NCBI GenBank assembly: GCA_024679065.1
Contig: JAGIQG010000009.1
Span: forward strand, 100,812,001-100,876,000
Direction of reading: 5' to 3'
From: Sphyrna mokarran
Taxonomy: Eukaryota
DNA: 64,000 nt
The position numbers and the translations under genes are program-made. The notes beneath the pieces were generated by a model, which was given only the letters and a program-made list of their open reading frames with translations, had not been told where the DNA came from and made no database searches. This document shows, piece by piece, positions 1 to 13,949 of the stretch (within the stretch, counting starts at the first letter, position 1; every line of letters begins with the position of its first letter).

Positions 1-1130
1 GTCTTGCTAGATTCAGGATGAGGTATCTAAATGGGTACAGAATTGGCTTTCTGACAGAAGCCCAAGGGTGTTGTAGTTAACTGTTTTTTTTTCAAACTGG
101 ATGCCTGTGAACAACGGTGTGCCTCACTGATCAGTACTGGGTCCACTGTTATTTATCATTTATATTAAGCATTTGGATGAGACTATAGGTGGCATCGTTA
201 ATAATTTTGCAGATGAAATCAAGATTTGTGGCATAGTGGACAGTGAAGAAAGTTATCTCCAATTGCAATAGGGTTTTGATTAATTGGAGCAGTGGGCTGA
301 TGAATGGCAGATGGAGTTTAATTTAGATAAATGTGAAGTGATGTATTTTGGTAGATTGAACCAGGACAGGAATCAGACAGTTAATGGCAGAGCGTTGAGG
401 AGATTAACAGAAAAAAAAAAATCGAAGGGTATATGTTCGTAGATCCTTTGAAGTGGAGTCATAGATGGACAGAGTGGTGAAGAAGGTGTTTGGAAATATT
501 TTGCAATCGGTCAGAATATTGAATACAGGGGTTGGGGCTTCTTGTTAAAGTTGTATAAGACATTAGTAAGGCCATACTTAAAATGTTGCATGCAGTTCTT
601 GTCACCATATAATCGACATGATATTATTAAACTAGAAAGAGTGTAGAAAAAATTTACTAGGATGCTACTGGAACTTGATGATTTGAGTTAGAAAGGGAGG
701 CTGGATAGACTGTGACACTTTTTATTCTCTGGAGGGTAGAAGGCTGAGGGGTGATCTTATAGAGCCTCTATAAAGTAATGAGGGACACCGATCAGCTGGA
801 TAGTTAGTATCTTTTTCCCAACAATAGCGGAGTCTAAAGCTGGAGGACATAGGTTTATGGTGAGAGGGGAGAGACAGGAAAATGTCCAGATGGGCATTTT
901 TTTTTTCACAGGGGGTGATAAGTATCTGGAAGAAGCTGCCAGAGGTAATAATAGAAACCGGTACAATGCTGTATTAAAAAAAAATAGATAGTTACATAAG
1001 TACGATGGTATAGAGGGATATGGGCCAAATGTGGGTCATTGGGATTCGCTTACGGATTAAAAAAGGATGGCATGAACAAGTTGGGCCGAAGGACGTGTTT
1101 CCATGCTGTAAACCTCTATGACTCTGTGAT
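1..1130 (+). mobile_element. CR1 LINE, 3' part of ORF2 (RT C-terminal) plus 3' tail, degenerate
   Basis: Disrupted RT motifs (..FADEIKI.., LYKTLVRP, RLRGDL) and a CR1-type tail ttgggccgaagg...ctctatgactctgtga; runs off the window start. Confidence 0.9.
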
Positions 1131-1286
1131 CTGAGAAAAATAATTTCCATGCGCAAGAAAATCATCACTGATCCCGCAGTACTTGCTCAGAAGAAATTAA
1201 AAATGCTCATGTTTCTCACTGTGACATGAAATAGTGTTTTTTTTAAGAAAAGCACGCAGTATCATAATAATTTCATATTCGCTTAC

Positions 1287-1316
1287 TTGAAGGAGATTTC
1301 ATTTTCCCGTGGTTTT
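1287..1316 (-). pseudogene. Exon, 30 nt (KPRENEISF), phase 2-2
   Basis: tttctgtttcag|...|gtaagc; phase matches the end of the 4546-4834 exon. Confidence 0.6.
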
Positions 1317-1689
1317 CTGAAACAGAAATTAAAAATTTTAATCACTGCATCTCATATTAACGTTTTTAAAAGTTTGAACGTTTTTTCAGTTCTGTTTTGC
1401 TGTTAGATAGTAATGAATCTACTTTGAAACTAGCCTTTGCAATGTTTTCGACTGCTTCTCAAAATTCTTTCAGCGAGAATATCTGTAGTTTCATTTAAAA
1501 AAAAATGTCCGCAAAGGCCACATTTCTCTTATCAACTAGACATTCAGAATTTCGTGATACGCAGTGAATAAACGTTGAAAAATTATTCCTTGGGTCCTGA
1601 TGGAATGCGGCGAACCAGTCAGATTCCTGGGATGACGAGATTGACGGATGTGGAGAATCTTTAAAACACACAATATAGAAGGACGGCAT

Positions 1690-1880
1690 TCATCACTGAC
1701 TCGCCCACAGAACATTTTACTAAGTTCCTATTACCGTATACTTCTGTGTATGTCAAACTCATGCTTCATCACATCTTGGGACATTAAGGGTCAATTTAGC
1801 CAAGAAAATGACCCTTAGGCAAGAAGATGCCGACGATGCGAGGGTAGAACCATGGGTCATTGTCCAATGGTACGAGTTAG
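1690..1880 (-). mobile_element. Degenerate V-SINE/HE1-like fragment
   Basis: acatcttgggacattaagggtcaatttagcc resembles the better-preserved copy at 52.1-52.5 kb. Confidence 0.4.
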
Positions 1881-2004
1881 ACCATTTTTGCACTAAGATG
1901 AGGAGAAATACATTTAGCCAGACTGCGATGAGCCCGCCGAAATCCCCACCACAATAAACAACTGAGGCCAGAATACTTGATGTTTTCAGTAATAATTCAC
2001 TAAG

Positions 2005-3540
2005 GAGAGCGAACTATTGTCAGGTACTATTTTGGAAGGACTTGAAGACCCGTTAGAGGAAATACCTATTACGAGGGAAGAAGTGTTAGGGTTTTTAGGT
2101 ATTATTAAAACTGATATATTTCCGGGCCCTGACGGCATTTATCTTAGGCGACTTAGGGAGACGAGGGATGAAATTGCTGGGCGTCTGAAGCAAATCTTTG
2201 TCTCTTCTTTGGACACAGGTGACGTCCCAGAGCACTCGTGGATAGCGAATGTGATATCGATGTTTACAAAGGGTAGTAGGGACAACCCGGGTAATTATAG
2301 GCCTGAGAATTTGACGTCAGTTGTAGGGAAGATGTTGGAAAGGATTCTTAGGGATATGATGTATAAGCACTCAGAGTGTGCCTTACGAATCTGGTAGAAT
2401 TTTTTGAGGAGGTGACAAAAACTTCGACGAAGGACGAACCGTGGATGTCGTCTGCATGGATTTCAGTCAGGCGTTTCACAAAGTTTCTCATGGTAGGTTG
2501 GTGGAAAATGTTAAGGCTCATGTGATACAAGGGGAGGTTTCTAGATGGATAGAGAACTGGCTTGGTAATAGGAGACAGAATTTAGTAGTGGAAGGGTCCT
2601 TTTCTATCTGAGGTCTGTAACTAGTGGTATGCCACAGTTCTCAATACTGTGACGTTTGTTATTTGTAATATACATAAATGACTTAGAAGAGGGAGTAAGA
2701 TGGGTGATAAGCACGTTTGCAGATGATACGAAGATGGCTGGATTTGCTGGTAATGAGCAGCAGTGTTAGGCCATGCAGCGGACATGGATAGGCTGGTTTA
2801 GTGGGCAGAGATATGGCAGATGGAATTTCATCCAGATAAATGTGATGTGATGCATTTTGGAAGAAATAATGTAGGGGAGGCCTACGATAAATGGTAGGCC
2901 TATTAAGAGTAAGGAAACGCAGAGAGCTCTGGGGGTGCAAGTACACAAGTCCTTGAAGGTGGCAGTACAGGTGAAGAGGGTGACAAAGAAGGCCAATGGT
3001 ATGCCTGCTTGCCTTTATAGGGCAGGGTATAGAGTATAAAAGCTGAAGCCTAATGTTGTAGTTGTATAGAACATTGGCTCGACCCCATTTGGAGTACTAT
3101 GTTCAGTTTTGGTTGCCTTACTGCCAGAAGGACGTGGAGATCCTGGACAGAATGCAGAGGAGGTTTACCAGGATGTTGCCTGTTATGGAAGGGCTGAGCT
3201 ATGAGGAAAGAATGGAAAAAATGGAGCTGTTCTTCTTAGAAAGGCAGAGAATGAGGGGAGATCGAATAGAGGTTTATAAGATTATGAAGGGCATAGATAA
3301 AGTGAATAGTGGTAAGCTTTCTCCGACGTTGGGTACAATCATTTCGAGGGTCCACGGGTGTAGGATGAGGTGGCAAGGTATAACTCGGGTGTTAGAGGGA
3401 TGTTTTTCAGAGGCTGATGGGAGCCTGGAATGCACTGCCACTTAAGGTGGTGGAGTCAGGCACGCTATGGTTGTTTAAGGCTTACTTAGACAGGCACATG
3501 AGCGGAGTAGAGATGGAGGGATATAAAAGACTTTTCTAAA
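2005..3540 (+). mobile_element. CR1 LINE ORF2 (RT) fragment, 5' truncated and internally deleted
   Basis: PGPDGIY..LRE, KGSRDNPGNYRP..LTSVVGKMLERILRD, DFSQAF, FADDTK, LYRTLARPHLEYYVQFW. Confidence 0.95.
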
Positions 3541-3699
3541 TAAAGATTACAAACCTTGGGACATCCCTAGGAATCAATTGATTCCTGTGGACCTTCTAAA
3601 ATATTTCATGGCTAACTTGCTTTATTGCTGCACTTCTGGAGCTTCAGTAAATGTCTAAGTTTTGCAAGTCTATTGATGTATTTTCTTTTACTTCGCAAG

Positions 3700-4160
3700 C
3701 GATTTGATCCACCTTGTTGACCAACAAGGAGCATACACGCGGTGGGTCGTACGATGGCTGCTCTTGGATGTTGCTTCGAGAGTTGCCTAGTGCTTCACAC
3801 CGTTAGCGTTTGCTTAAACTGGACCATCTGACGAGCAACATGACAGCTCAGTGACTATCACTGTTTGCTGTGCAGATACATGGATTTGGGCCGGTGTCTG
3901 CGGGAGCTTGTACATTCTCCCCGTGGTTGCATGGGTTTTCTCCGGGTACTCCGGTTTCCTTCCACATCGAAAACACGTGCTCTGAGGCTGATTGGTGTTA
4001 ACAAATTCTCCCTAAATTAGTCTTCCCTCAATCTTCTCCGATAGGTGTAGTCAAAGTTCATAGGTAGAGGAGAGCACTCATAATGTTAAAATTGCGGCAC
4101 AGGCTCGTTGGGCCGTATGGCCTGTTTCCCGTGCTGTGTTTTTCTTTGTTCTTTGTTCTT
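3700..4160 (+). mobile_element. 3' tail of the CR1 copy, containing a V-SINE (V-domain) core
   Basis: ttctccccgtggttgcatgggttttctccgggtactccggtttcc core, then ttgggccg..ggcctgtttcccgtgctg and (ttctttg)n; homologous to 62900-63325. Confidence 0.8.
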
Positions 4161-4545
4161 TATAAGTTGCATATACCTCTGGAAGCTAAATGGATCAACC
4201 AATATGGGGGACAGGGGAAACAGGTTCCTGAGTATTGTGATTTGCATTCACAATAAATGGCAAAGCAGGATCGAAGGACTTAAATCCACATCACAAATAC
4301 AAGTGATGTTTTCATGATCAAATTCCAATTCTTGGGTGCTTCTGTGTCTATTTTCTTCGGCGTTCCTGGCGTAAAATTGGAACTTTACTACAAAAATACT
4401 TTACAATAATGAAGTGGTGTATGTTTGCTAACACGCAATAGAAGACGGACTTCATTTTTCCAAACTTTCGTTATTTCTGAATACGCAATATTTCGTAACT
4501 GGGAAATGACAGTAATCTGTCAATAGGCCGCAACATTTTATTCAC

Positions 4546-4834
4546 CGTGCGATTTCAGGGAGAGACTGGGTAATATATTTGCATAAATTGAACCTCATGC
4601 ATTGTTTTGCTCTAATCTTCTTTAATGAGAGTTTTGCAAAGTTACACTTGAACAACGACATGTATTGCAAGGAAGCATTTTTTTCTTGATTTTTTTTTAT
4701 TTGTTTGGTATGATCCAACGTGATAGGGATCCGTACAAAACAATGATGTTGCGAAGAATTCCATCCTGGAGCTGATGGGGTAAATTGATCTTCTAACATG
4801 TGACAATGAACGGGGATGTTTTCATTCCTTTTAA
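4546..4834 (-). pseudogene. Exon, 289 nt, open frame (KRNENIPVHCHMLEDQF...CMRFNLCKYITQSLPEIAR), phase 1-2
   Basis: tttttttctctctcatcag acceptor, cacg|gtgaat donor; coincides with ORF 4542-4871. Confidence 0.7.
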
Positions 4835-5454
4835 CTGATGAGAGAGAAAAAAATACTGTACGTATCTGCACGGATCCTCATTCAGTCATTTAGTTTTACG
4901 AAATTTGCCACTTTTGCTTTGAGAAATGTTGTGCTATTCTGATTATATGCTAAACATACTTCAATATGATCAGTCCAGCTTGAATGTTAAACGCATGAAA
5001 AATGAACTGATTGTTGGTAAATACCCATCCTCTACTTTGAGAACAAACGAAGTAAATTTCATTAAAATAATCTCAAGATACATGTCACAGAACGTGAGTC
5101 TTGTATTTGCATTATTTTGAGCAATAATTCCAAAGGCAGATTTGATCATTTTGACGATTTTTTTTTATTATTTAACTTTATTTGTACTTAGTTTTTTTTT
5201 TGGTAAGTAATGCATATAACTTGTGAAGTAGAGAAAAGGTGAATGCATTTCGTACGTGAATGAAAAGTGTTAATAGATTTTGTAGTTAGAATATGTCACA
5301 AACATGGCCTTTCATCATGACTGATGCTCTCAAACTTATGCTGTTCCTTGGATTAATATGAGTTATTTGTTTGTGTCTTATATGCTATAACTCTCATTTG
5401 TATAAAGACAGATAGATTAATGTGCTCTTATTTTGTAGACTTTGTAAATCTTAC

Positions 5455-5764
5455 CTATTTGTGTAAGTTAGACATTGTTACACAGATGATTGTTAATGAT
5501 ACCAGTGTTTAATAGCTGCTGACGGCAGATAGCGATACCGGCTTTTAACAGGAAGACTCCCGCTGGGACAGCTGCGATCACACACATAAGTTAAATGACA
5601 GGAATGCTGGTACTGCTGCAGAAGGAAGAACTGTAGGTCTAGCAGGAATTGGAACTTTGAATCGTAATTCTTGCTGGAGCTCATAATGTATAAAAACCCT
5701 CTTGCATTTCTGTTCTATGAAAAGTCTGGTAATCCATTGTAAGAAACCAATTTCTCCCAAATTT
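5455..5764 (-). pseudogene. Exon, 310 nt, disrupted (IWEKLVSYNGLPDFS*NRNARGFLYIMSSSKNYDSKFQFLLDLQFFLLQQY...)
   Basis: cttattccag acceptor, atag|gtaaga donor; in-frame stops and an implied 1-nt frameshift. Confidence 0.6.
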
Positions 5765-6665
5765 CTGGAATAAGACTCAGAGTTTTGTAATAAAAAAATG
5801 TGTTTTGACTCAGTGTCTCAGCTGTATTACGTTATCAACAACACTTGAATGTGGATTGAACGTGTTATGAAATTAATCTGATTTCTATGTGCACTGTACT
5901 TTTAAATTGTTGAGTGCACAATGAAATGGAGTATAAGGTATAATTCTTGGAAGCAATGACTTTCAATTGACATGGAAATCACGTGTTACTACATTTCCCT
6001 GCAATGTTCACATGCCAGTTGGCAAATCCATTAAAATATCATAAGCAGTAACAATATAAATTAAAATAAAATGTTTGTTTTAGTTGTATACAACGTGATA
6101 ATTCGCAATATTAAACTTGTTCAAAATCTACTCTGCTGTTTTTATTACATTGCACAAGTGAATATCAATCCGATTGGGGTTTTGAAAAATGAAACAGGGA
6201 ATATTGGTTTATGTTTCCATTGTTACTCATGGAAAGATGTTTGAAAATTGAAGGTGGTGTCACAATAGCATTGCTCCATCGTGAAAAGGAACGCAATCTT
6301 CCGCATGCTGCCCGTGATTCTAATTCGTTAGATTCCAATTCTGACTATATGAGTCAGGATGTTTGCATGCATTGATTTATTCAATGGAGGCTCTCGAAAA
6401 AAAATCAATGTGCAAGGTGCATTAGTTTTGATGTTATCCGAGGTTGAAAAATCCATTTTGTTTGCAAAATTAAGACAATTTATGTGTCTTCCAATTACTT
6501 ATTTCCGTTATAAGTTTGTATGAATAGTTAATGATGTAAGCGACAGTATTCAAAAGAGACCAGCTAATTGGTGCACGAGACTAAAATCAGATGCCTCTGC
6601 ACGCAAAGACGGAAAATAAAACGCCCTGTCTCTTTCAGTTTGCAATAATAACAAAAAGTTTTTAC

Positions 6666-6683
6666 CTGATGAACAGTGTGTTC
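6666..6683 (-). pseudogene. Possible 18-nt micro-exon (THCSS), phase 1-1
   Basis: ttaatcttcag|gaacacactgttcatcag|gtaaaa. Confidence 0.35.
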
Positions 6684-7597
6684 CTGAAGATTAAGTTTAA
6701 CTGTGTTCTTTTGACATAATGGTTGCACCTCCACATTGTGAGGATAATATTATCTCAACAACTACCTAGAATCGTTAAACAGATCAATGTTAAGCCAGAA
6801 ACTGTAAAAGTCTACCTCGCTTACGTTCGTGGTAGTTGACAAATCGACGTTGCGAAAATGAGTGGCGATTTTGTACAGAATGCCCGTATTAAATCGTTTA
6901 TAAGTAACAATTGCACAAGGCAATTGTGCTGCACAGCTGATTGAGGGAAATTGATGAAGAAGATTGTTTTTCCTATGTCATGAGGTTGATGGTGGGGGTG
7001 GGGGGAGGGGGAAGAGCGGGGCTAAGTAAATCTAGGGCAAAATGCATTCTTTATAGTTGACAATAAAGTTAATTTTTTGAAATATTTACATTGTGCTTAT
7101 AATTAGCAACATCGCTAACCCAGTAGAAAATATCAGAATCCAATTTTATGCAGGTTAAATGATTATGCAATATACAAGGGATGCTAATAAGCATCATTGG
7201 AGCACTTCTTACGCCACATAATTATTTTGATCGTTTCTTATGCAACAAAATAAAACAACATAGAAAAAAAACACAAGCTCATATTCACGTAATTATTCAG
7301 GTGCATCTTGCTGTTTTTAACTAGCAAAATGATTACACCTCAATTTCTAGATATTAAAATTGGTGCAAAGTTCAATAATGGCAGCTTTTTCACAGAATGC
7401 TACAACTAAAAGGCAATGTGAAAAAAAAATCTGATGAAAAGCCATTTTGCAGAATATGCATCGCTAACCAATGTTCACGAATTAGAAAGGAAACAATTAT
7501 TCACGCTCACATGTGAGAAGTCAAAAATACACATCTTCAATAATTAATATGAATGTTAGCAGCAACGAAAGAAACAATGTTGGAGGAATTATTTTAC

Positions 7598-7630
7598 CAG
7601 TCTCTTGCTGATTCGGGGTTGTATCATTCA
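7598..7630 (-). pseudogene. Exon, 33 nt (NDTTPNQQET), phase 1-1
   Basis: Pyrimidine tract ...taaaag acceptor, actg|gtaaaa donor. Confidence 0.45.
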
Positions 7631-8129
7631 CTTTTAATATTAAGGAAAACAAAGAATTAGTTCACTAAATGCTAAAATATCTTCTCCCCGCCGAGACTTC
7701 CAATGATTGAAAGAAGGGCCAAACAGAAAATCATTCACGGTACAAATTCAAGTTTGCACATTTAAATATATCGCTAAACGCATTAGAGCTCCCTAACTTT
7801 TCTCCATATGGTAATCAAACACACAATAGTGTTTACTTAAATGCAATAAAACAGTATGATAATAGCTTCTGTAATCTCATTCAGTACATGAAACAGGGCA
7901 GGGTGCGCACAGCAAAGTAGGAAAAAAATGATGAAATCCCGATTTTAGCTCTTCCATTACTTCAAATTTAGTAGTAATTTCAAACTACCTAATTCAGAAT
8001 AACTGCCCAGAAAATTACGGTCAGCTATGAAAATTAATTGGCATTCTAAAGCATTTGATCGGCATTAAGTTTTTTTTTAATGAAGTTTGTGTGATCGCAA
8101 GTGTTTGATGTCAAACATAATTGAGAGCA

Positions 8130-8600
8130 CGTGTTCTTTATATTTCCCTGGTCGTAATCGTTGCACATCCTTCCTCCTTGACTTGCCAAATAGCTTCCTT
8201 CAGACTATGAGAATTTTGATTTGCTGTCTCTGGTGGAGACAGATTCTAAAGCTCTTTTGGAACTATGTCAGTTTTCGCCCTTAACTACTCTGATTTGCAT
8301 CAAATGCACCTGCCATGAACTCAGACGGCACAAATCCTCCATTACTCCCTTCTTTCCTCAGATCCCTACAGATTTGGTACGACCACTTCTAACTGTATTA
8401 ATCACAATGCACTCAGACTCGTGTATGTTCCACAGTATCGCTAACCATAGTTGTGCTTCGAGAAGCTCCCGGGAGCTGCAGATGAACACACTTTTTGAAC
8501 ATATGTTGGCTCTGTGCCCTGAAAATTTATGTCGTCCGCAAAATGGAGCAAGAGGAGCAATGAACGGTTTCGAGCTGTCTGGTCATACCTAAACACTTTT
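8130..8600 (-). mobile_element. CR1 ORF1 N-terminal relic
   Basis: Minus-strand HMFKKCVHLQL resembles the CR1 ORF1 zinc-finger/leucine segment. Confidence 0.5.
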
Positions 8601-11319
8601 AAGTTTTAAAAACCTTGGACCACTTTGAACAAAAATCAAACATTTACCGAACGTTGATTTTTTTCAACTTATATCACTAGGTTTTACCTTCAGAATTTTT
8701 GTTTCCTACCTAGACTTCACTTCCAAAGTCTGACATATAGATTACCATCTCAACATTTGAACTGTCTCCTCATCCCAGTGCTATATGGATGCCGTCACGT
8801 TGGTATTGACGAGATGGTCCCTTAAATATCTCATTTTGCTTTTAGGTTCCACAACTTAATTTACTTTTCGATCTCAAAATTTAACAACTTGCTTTCTTCT
8901 GATTCTTTTTTTTTAGGCATGTGTTTCACTTTATTGTGGCCAGCATTATACATCATTCAGTATGCTTGTTCCTCAAAATCTATAAATCAAATATTTTCTT
9001 CAATGTCTATATTGCAGATCGTTTTCTAATGCAAATACACCGCTACATTTTCAGATATTCTGTTTCTTTTTCACATCTTTATTTTTATAACATTCCCGTT
9101 CTCTGCATTACAATGAAAAAAAAAACATTTTAAACAAACGCATCAATTCCAGGTGGATGATTGTTTCTGCAATTCGGTAACGTCAAAAGTATATCAGTTG
9201 TTAGATGTTTTGGTCCATCTTGGAAGCTGCATTTGGAAGCCCCACCGAATGCAATAAAATGTCAATACAATCAGGGAAAGAAAACCAAAGACTGACAATT
9301 TCGAAATTTCACTTGAATATTTTTTTTTTAACAGTGGTCAATTGAAAAAAAAGAACCATTATGGAAGTAGTTCAGCAACGGAAAGAAACTTCCATCTTTT
9401 TCTAATCACAGGACAACTACTTTATTGGCTGTTGCAGAAGATATTTTGTGTATATTTGAGTCATTTCAGGAGGCATTTCCGAAGAAAAAGTGGTTCTCAT
9501 TAGGCACAACCATATGCATTGTGATCTTGCAATTTTGAACAGATTGCAAACATGCATCTCATGAGTAGACTATTTCACACTTTTTAACTTCCTTACCCAT
9601 CCAGTAACTTTATAACTTATCGTCTTGTAACTTCAACCCACATTCGTTCCTACTAATACCTTCACCTTCTAATCAAGAATCAATCTAGATCTGCCTTAAA
9701 AGAAAGGAAATAAAAAAATTTACAGTTCAATTGCAAATGGATACAGCTGTGGGGAGTTGCAAACCACTGAGGGAAATAACATTCATAGTCTCCGACAGGA
9801 GGAATCGTCTACGTTCACCGTGTCAGTATCCCTCGGGATCTTTAGGGCTTTTATCAAGTCATGCCTTACTGCTTTAAACTCTAGAAACGTATTTCTTTAG
9901 TGTTTCCTTTTCAGGCAGCCTACTCGTTTGCAGGAATAGACTAGTAATATTTCTCTGAATTTATTTCAATGCATGTAATCATTTATCAACTGAGATGCAT
10001 TTACTTAATAAGCAAGTAAAAAAGCGTATTAATAGATATTTAATCATGTATTGAGATCCATTTTCAACGGTAATCAAGTTAGTATATATGATAGTCCCGG
10101 AAATATGATTTGATGATAATCAAATCAATGTACTTCCCAAAATATCAATGATCTTCCCTCATCGACGCATATCAGACCCCTAACTTGAATAACCAGCGAA
10201 CAGTAAAATATATATTTTTTTTAAAAAAAATGAGCAAACATATAAGTGTTTACACTGTCAAGTGTTTCCGCTAACAGTTATCTGTTGTACGTAGGATTAG
10301 TGCAGTGTACAATTTATGCAGTCACTCGTGTCTTCTATCCGGAAATTTATAAAGTATACCTAGAAAAATATTAGTTATAATTGACAATCTTCGTGTAATT
10401 GGATAGATCTAAAGAATACACTGTTTTGTTTCACGAATGCCAACAAACACTGTTAATATAGATATATTCCATTATTTTAAGTGAATGTTTCCAAAGTATT
10501 CATAACTTTCAGGACAAGTCCTGTGCTCACGTAAATTTTCCATACTTTCAATTGGATAGTGTGGTTCTGGAATATAAAGAAACAAATATACTTATATTGC
10601 TGAGCCAAAGCTGTTATCAACTGAGCCTCTGAAAGTTTGTCAAGTCGGAGCTACCAGGTATGGAATATTAAATCAGCATTTATATTAGACTCAATACCGA
10701 AACTTGTTTTTTTTATTATTATTATTATTCTGCATGCACGGTGATGGACGGGCCTTTCAACACTAGGTCCAACCACAAACTAATGGTATATCTCAATATT
10801 CATATGTTAGAATGCAAGGAAGATTTGCAAATTGCACTGATCCAACTTCTCCTGCATAAGTAGGATATGCTCTGTTGAGGTAGAAAATGAAATGATAGAC
10901 ATTCGCTATGTGGAATAAAATTTCTGAACTGGCGTGCACTGGATTGTAACATAGGCGGCTAAGGATTGTGTGTTGTATATTTTTCAGCTATTGTCATCCT
11001 TATACATTTGAAGTGTATTTGCTTAAGAACAGATTTGTCAGTAACTCATTCTTCTGCCATTTTTATGGTCAGTATTAATACAATGATCTTCAAGAAATCG
11101 CGTTCTTAATCCAGCAAAACGGCTCCTAATTGGTCACAGGTGTTATATCAGAGCAGTTATCCGTTTATGCATCAGCAGTTGAACTTTGTTCTCTTTCTCC
11201 AGTTTTGAACGATAAGGTTGAATAACCATTTGTGTTCTCTGAGGAAAATTGGGCTTTTAAACATGTCATATATTTATTTTAAGTTGTGATTTTTAGAATA
11301 TACATTTGAATATATGAAA

Positions 11320-13560
11320 TATAAGTAGGAGTAGGCCACTACGACCCAAGATTCTGCTTCGCCAATCAATCAGAACATTGTTGTCCCGATGGCATCTTAT
11401 TGTCCTTCTCGTTCACTCCCTTCTTAATCAATAAAATCATTTTTTTAAAACGCTGTCTTAAAGACATCCAAAGATTCTGCTATTACAACATTTACCTGAA
11501 GAAAGTTTCAGGGAATCGCCACTTGAAGATAAATAAAATGAACATCCTCATTTCCATCTTTATTGACCTTCGATGTGATTTATATCTTAGTATTACATTA
11601 TCCGAAAACAGAAAATGTCTGCTCCACATGCAGCCTGTCATATTTAACTTATTAATCAATTTGCTTCTTGCTCATCCACATTACAATGGATATAATCCTA
11701 AACTGCCCAGATTTATGAGATAACCCATCTATTCATACAATTGATTTAATAAATTGTGTTGGGATTGTATTAGGTAATTTCTGAACAAAAAAAAATCTTA
11801 TTATTGAATTACTGTACACAATGATCCAGAAGTGGACTCAGTAACATCCTGTGCATGTGACGCATAATTGGCATGCATTTTAATTAACTCCTCTCATAAA
11901 AACAAGTCAGTAGCTTCAGCGTAAAGTTCCTACATAGTCCTATCATCTGCACATTGGAGCCTGTCATTCTGTACATTGACATTCGACTGTGTTCCATATG
12001 CATGCAATATACATGCACACAAGTTGTTTTGGATTCATGAATTAGCACACCCAGGTAAACCTGGACCTCAAAGGTTTGCAGTATGGATATGCAATGTGAA
12101 AAGATCTGCCATCTGGATTGTAGACGTTTGTACTATATCTTCCTAAGCATTTAATGTTACAATCCCTCATATTATAATACACTTGCTAAATTCTGCCAGC
12201 TCATTTAATGTCCTCCTCAGTTTTCGTAGATATTCTTCACAATTTGTTTTCCTGCTCGTATTTAGGTTATGAACAAATTTAGCAAACAAATGTGTAATTC
12301 ATTCAAATGAGTCCTTCATAAAAATATATAGTGTTTAAAAGTCAAACCTGATCACTGTGGAACATCAGTCCTCACAATGCCAATATGGAACGCACACATT
12401 TGTGTTAACTCCCTATTTCCTGTTATCTCGCAAATTCCTATTCCATCCCTTGATCATTAATTTTATGATCCATAATAATCCTTGATTCGGATCCTTTGCA
12501 AATACTGACTGGAAATCTAAGTACGCGAGTTTTCTCTAGCTCCCCGCACATGTGACTTCTTCAAATAAACGACATACATTGTTTAAAACTTTTGAAAAAT
12601 TGTTGACTCTGCAAAATCTGGCATAAAATCCATTTCCAAATTGCACTGATCTAACTCATTTACGAACTTTTTTTATTAAGAGATTTGTTAGGTTAAATTT
12701 CCTGCAGGGTTCAACGTTATGTCTTCTTCCACAATTTGCAGGGTTTGATGCCTTTCAACCAAAAAAGAATCTCATACCTACAGAATTGTGTACAAATACT
12801 GTCAACCACATTTCGAGGAACTAGAGTGATGTTCATCCCAACCAGAGAAGATATCAGCCCTCAGACCCACATTTTTTACTGAATACAGTTGGTCCTATTG
12901 ATTATAATTTTCTTGATTTCCTCTCTCCCTTCCATTCCTTGAGTTAATATTATGTATTTTATGTATTAATTGTATCGTTTATTGTGACAATTTAAATACA
13001 CCTGTGTAATTAACCTGATTGCATTATCTATTTTATCAATACATTAGGCACATTTTCTTTAGTCCGAACTTTCACTTCTTGTGAAATGAATGTTACTCAA
13101 GCTATTCATTTTCATTCGTCGTTCAACCATATTGCTTTTTTTCTAAAATATGCCCCTTCTGATTGTTTCTAATCTTCTGACCCTAGGCTCATACTTGCTC
13201 AAATAAATGAGTTTTACTACATTAAATATTGTTTTCAACTTTAAGAATATATGCTGGTGTCAGTCCCTCCATTTGATTTTTTTTTTCTCAACGAAAAACA
13301 TTTTTTCCATGTATTCAGATACATTATATTAAACAGGCTCCATTGTTCTACTACTTAAGAGCATTTTTTTTCAGTTTGTTGATCTCCACTTTTGCCCATC
13401 ATTATCGTTCTTACTTAAACTTGAAATACTGGCCTTTGATGCAGTCTTTATTTTTCCCCTCAAACAGAATGCAGCATTCATGTTATGACCCGCCAAGACG
13501 GTCCTCATTATAACTTGGTCGGTAATTTTTACATATCTCCACAATACCACGTGCATTAAA
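11320..13560 (-). mobile_element. Old, highly degenerate CR1 fragments
   Basis: Reverse tail (aaatataagtaggagtaggccact) followed by decayed RT-like sequence. Confidence 0.5.
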
Positions 13561-13949
13561 TCCGTCGTTTTGGAGGCTCGAGAGCGCGTTGTTCTGAGAA
13601 GCTACCCGAAGACACACTAGAAAAATGATAGATCCAAACATTCCTTTCTGCACCCACTCAATTTACTTTTGATAATCTGGAAAAAAATGATGAAAGATAA
13701 TTTGGGCATCACTCCTTCGTGAATCTTGGTATACAGTAACATGCTCACAGAAGCTAGAAGTGTTACGACCTGGATGACGACATTGTGAGTTCACTGCAGC
13801 CTAGGCTGAAAAAAAAAATGGCAGATTGAATTTAATACTACAGGGTAGATTCGAGAAACTATCTTTGGGATAAAAATATAGATGATGAAATGTGACGTAC
13901 AGAAGCATTTTGAAGGCAAGTGTTTGGCACTGAGTCCAGTTACATTATT

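Noticed and set aside
3569-3586. 18-bp palindrome aggaatcaattgattcct
   Set aside because: Isolated, absent from the sister CR1 copy, no supporting context.
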